Origin: a bacterium
Lineage (GTDB): Bacteria > UBA8248
Direction: 5' to 3'
Length of the DNA stretch: 64,000 bases
NCBI GenBank assembly: GCA_965204535.1
Contig: OZ241996.1
Location: 736,001 to 800,000, forward strand
Shown here: positions 1 to 9,465 of the stretch, piece after piece
Numbering within the stretch: the first letter of the stretch is position 1
How the letters are laid out: every line of letters begins with the position of its first letter
The notes under the pieces: model-generated
Databases searched by the model: none
The model's input: only the letters and a program-made list of their open reading frames with translations
Told to the model about the DNA's origin: nothing
Position numbers and translations under genes: made by a program

Positions 1-576
1 CGCCGACTTCTGCTTCTCCAGGGCCAGACGATCTTCGAGCCGGGCAACTTCCTTCTCCCGCCGGCCGACCTCCTTGCGCAGGGCATGAATCGTCTCCTTG
101 CGCTCCTCCAGGGCCTTGCGCAGCCGCCCCGCCTCCCCCGGCGACGGCACGCCCGAGAGCTCCTTGCGAAGCCGGACGACCTCCATGCGCAGCGACATGA
201 GCGGGCTGCGCTTGCGCGGATCGACCCCCGCCTCCGCAAGCAGCTTCTCCAGCCGCGCCACTTCCGCCTTGAGCGACAGCGCGTCCTTCGCCGCGCGGCG
301 GGCTTCCTTCGCCTCCCCGGCGGCCGCCTCGAGCTTCTTCCGGCTGGCGTCGAGATGCCGCTTCAGCTTGCCCGCACGGGAGCGGGAATCCACTTCCGCC
401 CAACGCAACTCCTCGCAGCGCGCCTCCGCCGCCTCCGCGCGCGCACGCTCGCGCTCGTACAGCGAACGCCAGTACGCCTCTGCGGTTGTGGACAACCCGG
501 GGGAATGAGGCCATGGCTCATCCGGCCTCTCGGCCAACGCCAACTCCGTCTCGACAGCTTCTGCGCGAATCTTCAT
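1..576 (-). CDS. Probable IS66-family transposase, N-terminal coiled-coil part (runs off the window)
   Basis: Open minus frame absent from the ORF track: MKIRAEAVETELALAERPDEPWPHSPGLSTTAEAYWRSLYERERARAEAAEARCEELRWAEV... An IS66-type terminus GTAACGCG reads on the minus strand from 610. The catalytic domain is not visible. Confidence 0.5.
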   Translation of the reverse strand, partial: MKIRAEAVETELALAERPDEPWPHSPGLSTTAEAYWRSLYERERARAEAAEARCEELRWAEVDSRSRAGKLKRHLDASRKKLEAAAGEAKEARRAAKDALSLKAEVARLEKLLAEAGVDPRKRSPLMSLRMEVVRLRKELSGVPSPGEAGRLRKALEERKETIHALRKEVGRREKEVARLEDRLALEKQKSA

Positions 577-1103
577 GCCGACATCATTAGCACATGTCGA
601 ATCGCGTTACCAGTCGCCCGGGAAAATTCTATCCGATGGAGGCGATGCGCCCGGCGCCGGGTCCATCACGGCCCGCCCGAACGCTTACGCCTGCCGGATC
701 ATTGCGCCATCACCCTCTTCGGGCCGGCCCGGACAGTCTGCTCGCGACAATACACCGGCACTCCGCAACGTTGATGACCTTCTGAACGGCGCGCTCCGCC
801 TGGGGCGTAATCGAACAAGTTCCGGCGTTCTTGTTCATGCGCGTCTCTTCTTTCGTCCCGTTCGCTCATCCCGGGTGCATACGGTAGTCCGCACCGCACG
901 GAAATAAACTGAAAAACCGCCCGTTTGCAAGGGTTTTCGATATCCGCATTCCAGCGCCCGAGGGCCGGGGCGTTCATCGCGCGCCTCCCCCAGGCCCCGC
1001 GCCGGCGAGAGGCCGAGCCTGGCCGCGAGGGGGCGCGGGAGCCAGGCCGGAGAGGCCGGGCGGCGCCCGCGACCCCTTTCTCACAATCCCGGAGGCGCGA
1101 CTC

Positions 1104-1445
1104 ATGAGTAACCAGAATCCATCCCGCTCCGCGAGGCTGCTCGTCCTGGCGGGACCCATCCTCGCGCTCCTCGCCACCATCCTCTCTCTCGCGGCAGGCA
1201 TCGGCCTCCGCCCCCTGGGTGCCGTCTGGGCCTGTTCGGCCCTCTGGTGCCTCCTCACGGCTCTCTTTTGCGCCCTGTGGCGGGGGTTCCGCCACGGGGA
1301 CTGGTCCGCCTTCGCTCGCTACGAACTGCCCGACGGGAAAGAGGAGGACTTCGAGTGGTCCGCCCGGACGGGACGCTACGCCTGGCGCCGCGAGCTGGAG
1401 GAGCAGGAGCTGTTCGGCCAGGACCCGGACGCACCCTTCCCGTAG
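1104..1445 (+). CDS. Small hypothetical membrane protein
   Basis: GGAGG RBS, two hydrophobic segments, acidic C-terminus. Confidence 0.6.
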   Translation: MSNQNPSRSARLLVLAGPILALLATILSLAAGIGLRPLGAVWACSALWCLLTALFCALWRGFRHGDWSAFARYELPDGKEEDFEWSARTGRYAWRRELEEQELFGQDPDAPFP

Positions 1446-1634
1446 AAGGCCCCCAAGCCGAACGAAGACTCCCCTGAACAACCGGACCGCCGTCTTTCCC
1501 GCCGGCGGCGGCTCTGCGCCACCGGGAGGCCGAGGCCGGCCGGGAGGGGGCGGCGGAGGGGAGCCGGGAGGGAGTCTTCTCGCGTTCGTGGCTCGCCTCC
1601 GCCGCCATCATCCACCCACCCAAGGAGGCGCGCG

Positions 1635-1931
1635 ATGCGGAAACCCGGACCCGAAGCGAGTACTTTCCTCACCCATCTCTTCACCCGCGGCCTGGCGGAC
1701 GAGCGCTACGAAGTGAAACGCTACAAGTCCGCCGATGGCGACATCAGGCCCCTCCCCCCGGAAGAGGGCGGGAAACGCAAGGGAAAGCGCGTGACCGCCT
1801 CGCGCCGTACGGTCCGCGAGATGCGTCCCGCGCGGGACGAGCTCATCGTCTGCACGGGGCTCCGGGTCCCCGGCAGCGGCCTGCAGCTGTGGGGCGAGCA
1901 CCTCGTGTGGGCCCGGATGCTCACCCGGTGA
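1635..1931 (+). CDS. Hypothetical basic protein
   Basis: AAGGAGG RBS just upstream of the ATG; co-oriented with neighbours. Confidence 0.5.
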   Translation: MRKPGPEASTFLTHLFTRGLADERYEVKRYKSADGDIRPLPPEEGGKRKGKRVTASRRTVREMRPARDELIVCTGLRVPGSGLQLWGEHLVWARMLTR

Positions 1932-2025
1932 GGAAGTCCCCCCCGGAAGGACTTCCGTCCGCAAGACGTCTGGCCGGACCGGCGCCGGCCGCACGGATTC
2001 CATCCACCCCAGGGAGGGAGGCGGG

Positions 2026-2832
2026 ATGCCCTACAAGGACCTGGAAAAAGCCCGCGCGTATGAACGCGAGCGCCACCGCAAACGCACCGCCGACCGGCTC
2101 GCGCGGGGCATGTGTCCCCGATGCGGAAAGATTCCTCCCGCGCCCGGGCGCAGCCTGTGCGAGCCCTGCCTCGAGAGGGACCGGGAGACCCGACGCGCCC
2201 GATACGCCGAAGCCCGAGCGGGGGGAGCCCCATATGGTGGACGCGACCCCGAGAGCCGCCGCCGCATGGCGCGCGAGAGGGCGAGGAAGCGCAGGCGCGA
2301 GCGGGTGGAGGCCGGCTTGTGCCCGCGCTGCGGACGCGAAACCGTCGAGGCTGGCGCGGTTTGTGAGACCTGCCGGGAGGCGAGGCGGGCTGAAGAACGG
2401 AAGCTCTACGCCGCCAGGAGAGTGAAAGGGCTTTGCGGACGGTGTGGTGCGGAAGTCGTCGATGAGGCTTCGACGTGCGCTTCGTGCGCCGCAAAAGAAG
2501 AAAAACGCCGTCCGCGCAAGAACGCCGCGAGCCGGAAACGCTATCACGACAGGCGGGCACGGGGGATTTGCGTCGACTGCGGCGCCCATGCGGACGCAGG
2601 GGTGAGATGTACTCCCTGCGCGCGCCGATCGTACCACTCCTCGGCAGAGCACAAGGGGATGCCCGTCTATCCGCCGCGCTACATCGTGGTCGAACTCGCC
2701 ACGGGCGAGGAGCACGGCCCCCTCGACTCCTGGGAGGAGGTGGCCATGTGCCTCGCCTTCGAGAAGCTCTCCCGCGAGCAGGTGGAAATCATCGAAGACG
2801 CGTCGCCTATAGCCAGGTACACCAGCTGGTAG
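2026..2832 (+). CDS. Tandem zinc-ribbon repeat protein (four CxxC...CxxC units)
   Basis: CPRC..CEPC, CPRC..CETC, CGRC..CASC, CVDC..CTPC separated by Arg-rich helices; GGAGG RBS. Confidence 0.8.
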   Translation: MPYKDLEKARAYERERHRKRTADRLARGMCPRCGKIPPAPGRSLCEPCLERDRETRRARYAEARAGGAPYGGRDPESRRRMARERARKRRRERVEAGLCPRCGRETVEAGAVCETCREARRAEERKLYAARRVKGLCGRCGAEVVDEASTCASCAAKEEKRRPRKNAASRKRYHDRRARGICVDCGAHADAGVRCTPCARRSYHSSAEHKGMPVYPPRYIVVELATGEEHGPLDSWEEVAMCLAFEKLSREQVEIIEDASPIARYTSW

Positions 2833-3574
2833 GTGCTTGCACCGGCTCGCCGCCTGCACGTGCAGCCGGTAGTACGTACTGCCGTCAGCTCGCCGGCGGG
2901 GGGCAGACCCGGCCGGGGGGAGGGTTTGACGACCGCCCTGCTGCGCAGCCGGCCCGCCGTCGGCATCGGCCCCGAACGCGCCACCGCGCGAGCCGCCACT
3001 CGATAACCCGTGCCGGGGAGTCGCCGGCCGGCCTCGCCTCCGCCGCTCGCCGGATGCGCATCGCCGTCTCGAATCCGTCCGGGTTCCTTCTCGCCCGGAG
3101 CGGGGGGAAGGCCACCCCGCTGCGCCGCCAGCCGAACCCGGGCGCGCCGTGCAGGACGGCAGGCAGGGAGCCCGGCAGCGAGGCCGGATACGACCACACG
3201 GGGCGGCCGCGACCCGGCAGAGCAACCCCGCCACCGGTAACGTCGCCATCGTGACATCGCCGTCCCTGCCGCCTCGGTCGCCGACAACCCGGCATCGGAA
3301 GCCCCGTCGCTCGATACGCCTCCGTTCGCCCAAGCCCCATCCATCTGAATCCTGGACCGCGCGCCGGCCCGGGTGGGCTTTCGCTTCCGTCCGTCTCCGG
3401 AGCTACCCGGTCGAAACAGAGGCCGCTCACGCTCCGTGGGCGGTCATCACCGGACGTGAACCTTCCCGGGGGAGAGGTGGAGCGAAGCGGGGAGCCGGGC
3501 AAAGGCCCGGCAGGGGAGAGGGAGACGGTCTCCAGCTCCCGCTGCCGGCGACAACCCCGATAGGAGGCTTGGCC

Positions 3575-3706
3575 ATGTACGAGAACGACTTCGACGTCGA
3601 TGTTCCCACCACGGACGAACTGCTCGCAGAACTCGGACTCGACGCGTACACGATCCGCAAGTTGCGCGCCGAGGCGGAAGGCGAGGAGGAGTTTTGTAGC
3701 GTGTAG
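3575..3706 (+). CDS. Small acidic protein (43 aa)
   Basis: AGGAGG RBS then MYENDFDVDVPTTDELLAELGLD...; lies directly before ssb. Confidence 0.5.
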   Translation: MYENDFDVDVPTTDELLAELGLDAYTIRKLRAEAEGEEEFCSV

Positions 3707-3784
3707 GGCGAACCGGGGGGGTAGAGAGAAAGGCTCTCTCCCTCCTGTCACTTTTTCTCACTCACACCACGAAGGAGAATCATC

Positions 3785-4225
3785 ATGGCATTCGGACTCA
3801 ACAGAGCGGAACTGATCGGGCGCCTCGGCGCCGACGTCACCGTCAACCATCTCGCGAGCGGCGGTCGCGTCGCGAATCTTTCCATCGCGACCGACGAGGG
3901 CTACGTCGACAAGCAGTCCGGCGAGCGGGTGGACAAGACCGAGTGGCACCGGGTCGTGACCTTCCAGCCCGGCCTGGTGGATATGTTCGAAAAGCACGCG
4001 AAGAAGGGCCGCCTGATCTACGTCGCGGGCAAGCTCCAGACCCGCCGCTGGAAGAAGGACGGGGAAGACTCGGACCGGTTCTCGACCGAGATCCTCATCG
4101 CGCCGGGCGGACGCGTGCAGTTCCTCGACAAGGTGAACGGGAACGGCAATGGCAACGGTAACGGCGCGCACGCCGAGACGGCGGCGGTGGCGGCAGGCGT
4201 AGCCGGGGACGACATCCCGTTCTAG
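3785..4225 (+). CDS. ssb: Single-stranded DNA-binding protein (mobile-element type)
   Basis: NRAELIGRLG, TEWHRVV and GKLQTRRW motifs; DDIPF tail. Confidence 0.95.
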   Translation: MAFGLNRAELIGRLGADVTVNHLASGGRVANLSIATDEGYVDKQSGERVDKTEWHRVVTFQPGLVDMFEKHAKKGRLIYVAGKLQTRRWKKDGEDSDRFSTEILIAPGGRVQFLDKVNGNGNGNGNGAHAETAAVAAGVAGDDIPF

Positions 4226-4233
4226 GCTCACCA

Positions 4234-4269
4234 GGGGTCGGCGCTTCGGCGTCGGCCCCTTTTCTTTTG
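4234..4269 (+). terminator. Intrinsic terminator after ssb
   Basis: GGGGTCGGCG-CTTCGG-CGTCGGCCCC stem-loop followed by a T-rich tract. Confidence 0.8.
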
Positions 4270-4369
4270 CTCCTTATCCAGAGAAGGTCCGCTCTGTCGG
4301 CTCTTCTCTAATCGGGACGAGCAAGTCAAGTTCCTCTGCCCTGGTTTTTCCGGATCTTTCCGCCTTGGC

Positions 4370-4555
4370 TTTAGACGATGCTCCATGGGGGTCTCGCTTC
4401 TCTACGTGATCGGCTCCCGGTCCGGGGCCGTCAACAGGATGGGGTCGGAGAACGAGGTGGAACAATCTCTCATACGCCCTCGCACCGTCACCGACGGAGC
4501 GGAACTGAGCCGACAGCGAACTCACCTCGTCCCTCGTCCCCACGGGAGCATCCTC
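4370..4555 (-). ncRNA. Predicted bridge/seek RNA of the IS110 element (ends approximate)
   Basis: Segments 4507-4516 and 4467-4473 match the flanking target; segments 4438-4445 and 4397-4404 match the element ends; stem CGAGGTG/CACCTCG encloses the target pair. Confidence 0.8.
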
Positions 4556-4611
4556 TGCCATAGCGGAAGCTACTGTAATTTTCGGATTCTTCTCCTTTTG
4601 GATTCCCGATG

Positions 4612-5652
4612 TCAGGAGGCTACGTCATCCACGCCGTCGCGTTTCCAGCGGAACTCACTGCCGTCCATCCATATGCGGTGCATAATGACGCCGAGCCGGC
4701 GGGCGAGCGCAACCTTCGCGCGCGCCTTGCCGCGACGCTTCGCCACACCCATCGCCCAGGCTTTCAGCCACGACCACCGCGTCGTGCGCCCGAGCAAGGC
4801 GTTGGCGGCTTCGTAGAGCGCCGCGCGCATCATCGCGTCGCCGCACTTGGAGATTCTTCCCGTTCGGTCGACCTCTCCGGATTGCCATTTGCGAGGCACA
4901 AGCCCGAAGTGCGCGCCCACCGAGCGCGAGCGCGCAAAACGCGACGGCACGTCGACGCTCGCCCGGAAGGTCAGCGCCGTCACCGGACCCACGCCGGGGA
5001 CCGTCATCAGGCGACGGCAGACCGGGTCGACGCGCACCGCCTCCAGCATCATCCTGTGCAGCCGGACGTATTCCGCCAGCAACGCAGAGCGAGCCCGCAG
5101 CATCGGCGCCACCAGGCGCGCCAACTCCGGGCGATCCGCGACCAGACCCCCTACCCGCGCCTCCAGCCCGCGGCGGGAGACCTTGCCCATCTTCAGTCCG
5201 AAGTTGCGCAACGTGCCCCGGATGTGGGCCTCGGCGTCGCACAACTGCTTCAGCATGAACCTGCGGTTGGCGAGGAGCATGCGTTTCTCCTGGCTCGACA
5301 CCGTCTTCACGTGCACCGGGCGAATCAGGTTCGCGCGAACCAGCTGGGCGATCCCGCGCGCGTCGTCGCGGTCGCTCTTGTTCACCGTGGCCGAGAGCAC
5401 CGCCTTCAACTGCCGCGTCTCGGCGCAAACCACCGGGAGCCCGGCCTCGGCCAGGCCGTCATGGAGCCACTGCGACAGCGGCCCCGCCTCGAGGCAGATG
5501 CGCTTCACGCCGAAGTCCAGCCCGGTGAAGAACGCCGCGAGGGCCGCGGGTTCGCTCGCGACCTTCGCCTCCCGGACGATCCCGCCGTCCACGTCCACCA
5601 CGCACACACTCGTCCACTCCAACGACACGTCGAGTCCTGCAAAGTAGTTCAT
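4612..5652 (-). CDS. IS110-family DEDD recombinase/transposase
   Basis: MNYFAGLDVS, CLEAG, KSDRDDA (DEDD), PGVG and QSGE serine motif; likely start at 5652 after an AGGAGGAG RBS. Confidence 0.95.
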   Translation of the reverse strand: MNYFAGLDVSLEWTSVCVVDVDGGIVREAKVASEPAALAAFFTGLDFGVKRICLEAGPLSQWLHDGLAEAGLPVVCAETRQLKAVLSATVNKSDRDDARGIAQLVRANLIRPVHVKTVSSQEKRMLLANRRFMLKQLCDAEAHIRGTLRNFGLKMGKVSRRGLEARVGGLVADRPELARLVAPMLRARSALLAEYVRLHRMMLEAVRVDPVCRRLMTVPGVGPVTALTFRASVDVPSRFARSRSVGAHFGLVPRKWQSGEVDRTGRISKCGDAMMRAALYEAANALLGRTTRWSWLKAWAMGVAKRRGKARAKVALARRLGVIMHRIWMDGSEFRWKRDGVDDVAS

Positions 5653-6058
5653 GGCTGCTCCTCCTGCGGGCGAGAGACACCGGAGCCATCCCGGCCTCGC
5701 CTCGATCATATGACAGAGGAACATCCGCTACACGCGGTAGTTCGAGGGCCAACCCGATTACCCCATCTCTCATCTACCGGGAACACCCGGTAAATCCTCC
5801 GGTCCGTGAACGATGAACCATGTTCACGGAAGTCGGCATGCGCCTGTAATCATTCCCATGCTCCAGATAGTGGCTCGGTCCACCCCCCGCTGCGGGAATT
5901 TCGGGCCGGAAAAGACGGCCCGAAATGACCCTTTCCGCAGCATGAGAGATTGTTTCCCGATGAGCTTCGCCTTCATCGTGAAACACCAAAGGCTCTTGTG
6001 TCCCGGTGGCGGTACTACCCTCTCTCTCTTAGCGTCCTCATTTTAGCACGAACGCCGA

Positions 6059-6195
6059 GCGAATAAAGGGTGGCCGCAGGCGGCCATCATTTGCCGGTGC
6101 CCCCCAAAAAACGTCGAGCGGCGAAAAACAGGAGCGCCGCTCTATGAACCGTGTTTTTCGGGAACCCCCCGGAAAATGACAAGCCCTTGATTCGC
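6059..6195 (+). promoter_or_regulatory. Long imperfect hairpin, candidate Frpo/ssi-like single-strand promoter
   Basis: Nested pairings GCGAATAAAGGG/CCCTTGATTCGC, TCATTTGCCGG/CCGGAAAATGA, AAAAAC/GTTTTT, GAGCGGCG/CGCCGCTC. Confidence 0.5.
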
Positions 6196-6292
6196 CCGCC
6201 TACGGGCATCGGTAACACCGCCCGATGCCCTTACGTGCTGAAAATGGGGCGCTAAGAAGCGCATCCGTTAACTCTCTACGAAGGAGAAAGGC

Positions 6293-6667
6293 ATGGAAAC
6301 CACCGTGGTGAACTTGAACGACTACGTTGCGCCTCAATTCGGAGGCGGATTGCTGGTCAGGATCGACCGCATGACGAAGTGGGGAAACCCCTTCCGCATC
6401 GGCAAGGACGGCGAGCGCGCCGAGGTGATCGAGAAATACCGGCGATGGCTCTGGGAAAGAATCCGGCGCGAGGAGCAGGACCTCTACGAACTCGCCGACC
6501 TGCAAGGCTGCGAGCTCGGCTGCCACTGCCATCCCCTTCCGTGCCACGGCGACGTACTCGCACGCGCCGCCGAGTGGGCCGCCAGGTATCTCGACGAGAT
6601 GCCGAAAGAAGTGGGGCGCAACGAGCGTGGCTACGCTCTTCCCGAATTCAACCATCCCCTCGCTTGA
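6293..6667 (+). CDS. DUF4326 domain protein
   Basis: IDRxTKWGNPFRIG and LGCHCHPLPCHGDVL motifs. Confidence 0.85.
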   Translation: METTVVNLNDYVAPQFGGGLLVRIDRMTKWGNPFRIGKDGERAEVIEKYRRWLWERIRREEQDLYELADLQGCELGCHCHPLPCHGDVLARAAEWAARYLDEMPKEVGRNERGYALPEFNHPLA

Positions 6668-6688
6668 GGACAACGAAAGGAGTGAACG

Positions 6689-7648
6689 ATGACTGCCACC
6701 GCGACACACGACCACAAGGAGAACATCATGCACGAGGTTGACAACATCGAAGCGCAGAACGAATCCTTCACCGCCATGGTATGCGGACAGGCCGCCCTCT
6801 TCGGCGCGACCCCCGGCCCTGACGAGTTCGACAACCGGCCCGTGTGGGGCGAGACCGAGGCCACCGCCGCCGTCCTCAAGGCATTCCACCTGCTCGCAGA
6901 AGCCGCGCCCGACGGAACGCAGCTTGCAGATGAGCGAAGAAACCTCCTGTGGGGCTTCGTCAACACCCTCGACGCCCAGACACAGCGCCTCGACCGCGCC
7001 GCCGACAAACTCATCCCCGGCATCCGTGAACTGCAGCGCGAGCAGGACGGCTCCGAGATCCGCTCCCGCGAACTCGAACTCGCCACCGACCGGGCCGAGA
7101 ATCTCACCGCCCGCCGCGACGCCTTCGAAGGGCTGCGCGACACGGCCGCAGAGGCCTACCGCGTCGAGACCGGCGAGGTATGGCGGCCCCGGCGAGGATC
7201 GCACGTCTCGCAGACCGGCAAGCTCACGTCTGCGGTCATCGAGGCGCGTGATTTCCAGCGCGCGAAAAAGGATCGCGAGAACACGGCCCACCTCCCCCAG
7301 GGAACACTCGTCGCCGTCGCGGGCGGCAAGGAAGCGACCGACGCCGGCAAGATCATCGGCCAGCTCGACAAGCTAAAAGCCAAGTACGCCGACGTCGTCC
7401 TCGTCCACGGCGGTGGCCCGGGTGCTGAGAAGATAGCGGCGGGATGGGCCGAGCGGAACGGCGTCCACCAGATCGTCTGCAAGCCCGACTGGGACGCGCA
7501 CGGTCGGGCCGCTCCCTTCAGGCGGAACGACGAGCTGCTCGGCCTCCTCCCCAAGGGCTTGATCGCGTTCCCCGGCTCGGGCATCACCGACAACCTCGTC
7601 GACAAGGCCAGAGCGCTCGGCATCCCCGTGCAACGCGTGGCCGCCTGA
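6689..7648 (+). CDS. DUF2493 / YspA-like SLOG-family protein
   Basis: C-terminal VLVHGGGPGAE...PDWDAHGRAAPFRRND...AFPGSG SLOG motifs. Confidence 0.85.
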   Translation: MTATATHDHKENIMHEVDNIEAQNESFTAMVCGQAALFGATPGPDEFDNRPVWGETEATAAVLKAFHLLAEAAPDGTQLADERRNLLWGFVNTLDAQTQRLDRAADKLIPGIRELQREQDGSEIRSRELELATDRAENLTARRDAFEGLRDTAAEAYRVETGEVWRPRRGSHVSQTGKLTSAVIEARDFQRAKKDRENTAHLPQGTLVAVAGGKEATDAGKIIGQLDKLKAKYADVVLVHGGGPGAEKIAAGWAERNGVHQIVCKPDWDAHGRAAPFRRNDELLGLLPKGLIAFPGSGITDNLVDKARALGIPVQRVAA

Positions 7649-7683
7649 TGCGAACACTCCTCGGGTCGCGTCGTCGCCGCCCG

Positions 7684-9465
7684 GAGACTGTGAAAGTATT
7701 CCCACGATTCTGGTGGGTGACGCTGGCGAGCGATGCCCGGGTTGTCTGTACATGCTATCTTTACCGGTGAGTGAGATAACCACATAAAGGGTCACCACCA
7801 TGTCCGAGAGACGTTATCAGGAGGTGCAGTCCCGAAGCCAGATGATGCTGCTTCCGCCGTGTCTGGACGACTACGTGTCCGAGCACAATGCGGTGCGCGC
7901 GATCGATGCGTTCGTCGGCACGCTGGACCTGGAGGCGCTGGGGTTCGCGCATGCCGAAGCGAACTGCGGCGCCGGTCAGCCGGCTTTCGACCCGGCGCTG
8001 CTGCTGAAGCTGTATCTGTACGGCTACCAGCACCGGGTACGGAGTTCGCGCCGTCTCGAAGCGGAGACGCGGCGCAATCTGGAAGTGATCTGGCTGTGCC
8101 AGGGTGCGACGCCGAGCTACAAGACGATTGCGGATTTTCGCAAGAACAATGTGGCTGCGCTGCAGGAGGCCAACCGGGAGTTCGTGCTGCTGTGCCGCGA
8201 ACTCTCGCTGCTGGGCGGCAGCCGGGTGGCGGTCGACGGGACTTTTTTGAAGGCCGATGCGAACCTGGACAGCTTCCAAACCAAGCGGTCCCTGGCAAGG
8301 GACCTGAGGCGTTTGGAGAAGAGGATTGCGGCGTATCACCGGCAGTTGGACGAGGCGGATGCGCGCGGGGAGGAGTGTGGGGACGGTTCGGAGGATCCGG
8401 ACCTGCCGGTGAAGCTCAAGGCCTTGATCGAGAGGCAACAAAAGAAGAAGGCACTGCAAGAGCATTTGCAGGAAAGCGGAGAGCGTCAGGTATCGGGGGT
8501 CGATGCAGATGCTCGACTTCTGAGGAACGGCGATATAATGGTGGGCGGATACAACTGCCAGATCGCGGTGGACGACAAGCACAAGCTGATTGTCGCGGAG
8601 GATGTGGTGCAGGACGGCAATGACTCCGCTCAGTTGGAGCCGATGATGACGAAAGCCGGCGAAGCCATGGGCAGCGAACGCCTGGTCGGCCTGGCGGATT
8701 CGGGCTACTTCAACGGCGCACAGTTGAAGAGTTGCGAAGACAAGGGAATGGAGGTGTATGTTCCGATACCGAACCAGACGGCCCGCAAGGGCAAGGACGG
8801 ACGATTCGGCAGCGATGAATTCCGTTACGATGCGCAGGATGACACGTATGTCTGTCCGGCCGGAGAGCGTCTGGTTCGAGGCGGCACGACCACCGTCAGG
8901 GGCAGGCTGTATTACTTTTATCGCGGGACGGCGGCGGTTTGCCGGGACTGTTCGTTGTCGGGCCGATGCCTGACAAAGTCGAGATCGACGCGCAGGATAC
9001 AACGCTGGGAGCATGAGGACGTGGTGGACCGGCATCGCAAGAAGATGAACGCCCGTGTGCCATTGATGCGCGGGCGAAGCACACTCGTCGAACATCCATT
9101 CGGTACGATCAAGCGCTGGGCGGGGATGGATCATTTTGTGATGCGCGGACTCGGCAAATGCCGCGGCGAATTCAGCCTGATGACGCTGGGTTACAACTTC
9201 AAGCGGGTCATGCGTGTGCTGGGCGGAGCTGCATTTGTGGAGCATTGTCTGCAAAAACAGCGGTTGGGGACGAATGGCGTGTGAACTTGAAGCCGATTCT
9301 TCGAGGACTTGACCGCGACCCCGAGCTGACCGGCCGCCGAGACGTTTCTCTCCCGGCTCTGCGGTGTTGTTGCTCCCGAAGTTGAAGACAGTGTCCGGCC
9401 ATCGGGCTGCAAGCGTAAGCGAGCCCTGTTCCGGAGACTGTGAAATCCAATACTCTCACAGTCTC
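7684..9465 (+). mobile_element. IS1182-family element with 9-bp target duplication
   Basis: IRs GAGACTGTGAAAGTATT / AATACTCTCACAGTCTC; flanking CGCCGCCCG at 7675-7683 and 9466-9474. Confidence 0.9.
7800..9284 (+). CDS. IS1182-family DDE transposase
   Basis: LLKLYLYGY..SSRRLE, AVDGT, LADSGY, YVCPAG, VEHPFGTIK motifs. Confidence 0.95.
   Translation: MSERRYQEVQSRSQMMLLPPCLDDYVSEHNAVRAIDAFVGTLDLEALGFAHAEANCGAGQPAFDPALLLKLYLYGYQHRVRSSRRLEAETRRNLEVIWLCQGATPSYKTIADFRKNNVAALQEANREFVLLCRELSLLGGSRVAVDGTFLKADANLDSFQTKRSLARDLRRLEKRIAAYHRQLDEADARGEECGDGSEDPDLPVKLKALIERQQKKKALQEHLQESGERQVSGVDADARLLRNGDIMVGGYNCQIAVDDKHKLIVAEDVVQDGNDSAQLEPMMTKAGEAMGSERLVGLADSGYFNGAQLKSCEDKGMEVYVPIPNQTARKGKDGRFGSDEFRYDAQDDTYVCPAGERLVRGGTTTVRGRLYYFYRGTAAVCRDCSLSGRCLTKSRSTRRIQRWEHEDVVDRHRKKMNARVPLMRGRSTLVEHPFGTIKRWAGMDHFVMRGLGKCRGEFSLMTLGYNFKRVMRVLGGAAFVEHCLQKQRLGTNGV

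Larger units (their letters stand above)
4301..5769 (-). mobile_element. IS110-family element (IS1111-like: subterminal inverted repeats, long 3' non-coding end)
   Basis: Subterminal IRs TAATCGGG (4309-4316) and CCCGATTA (5753-5760); CTC core at both ends (4301-4303, 5767-5769); recombinase gene inside. Confidence 0.9.

Noticed and set aside
5942-5954. ATGAGAGATTGTT, a 13-nt match to the bridge RNA target loop
   Set aside because: It lacks the CCGACAG half of the target, and a single short match may be chance
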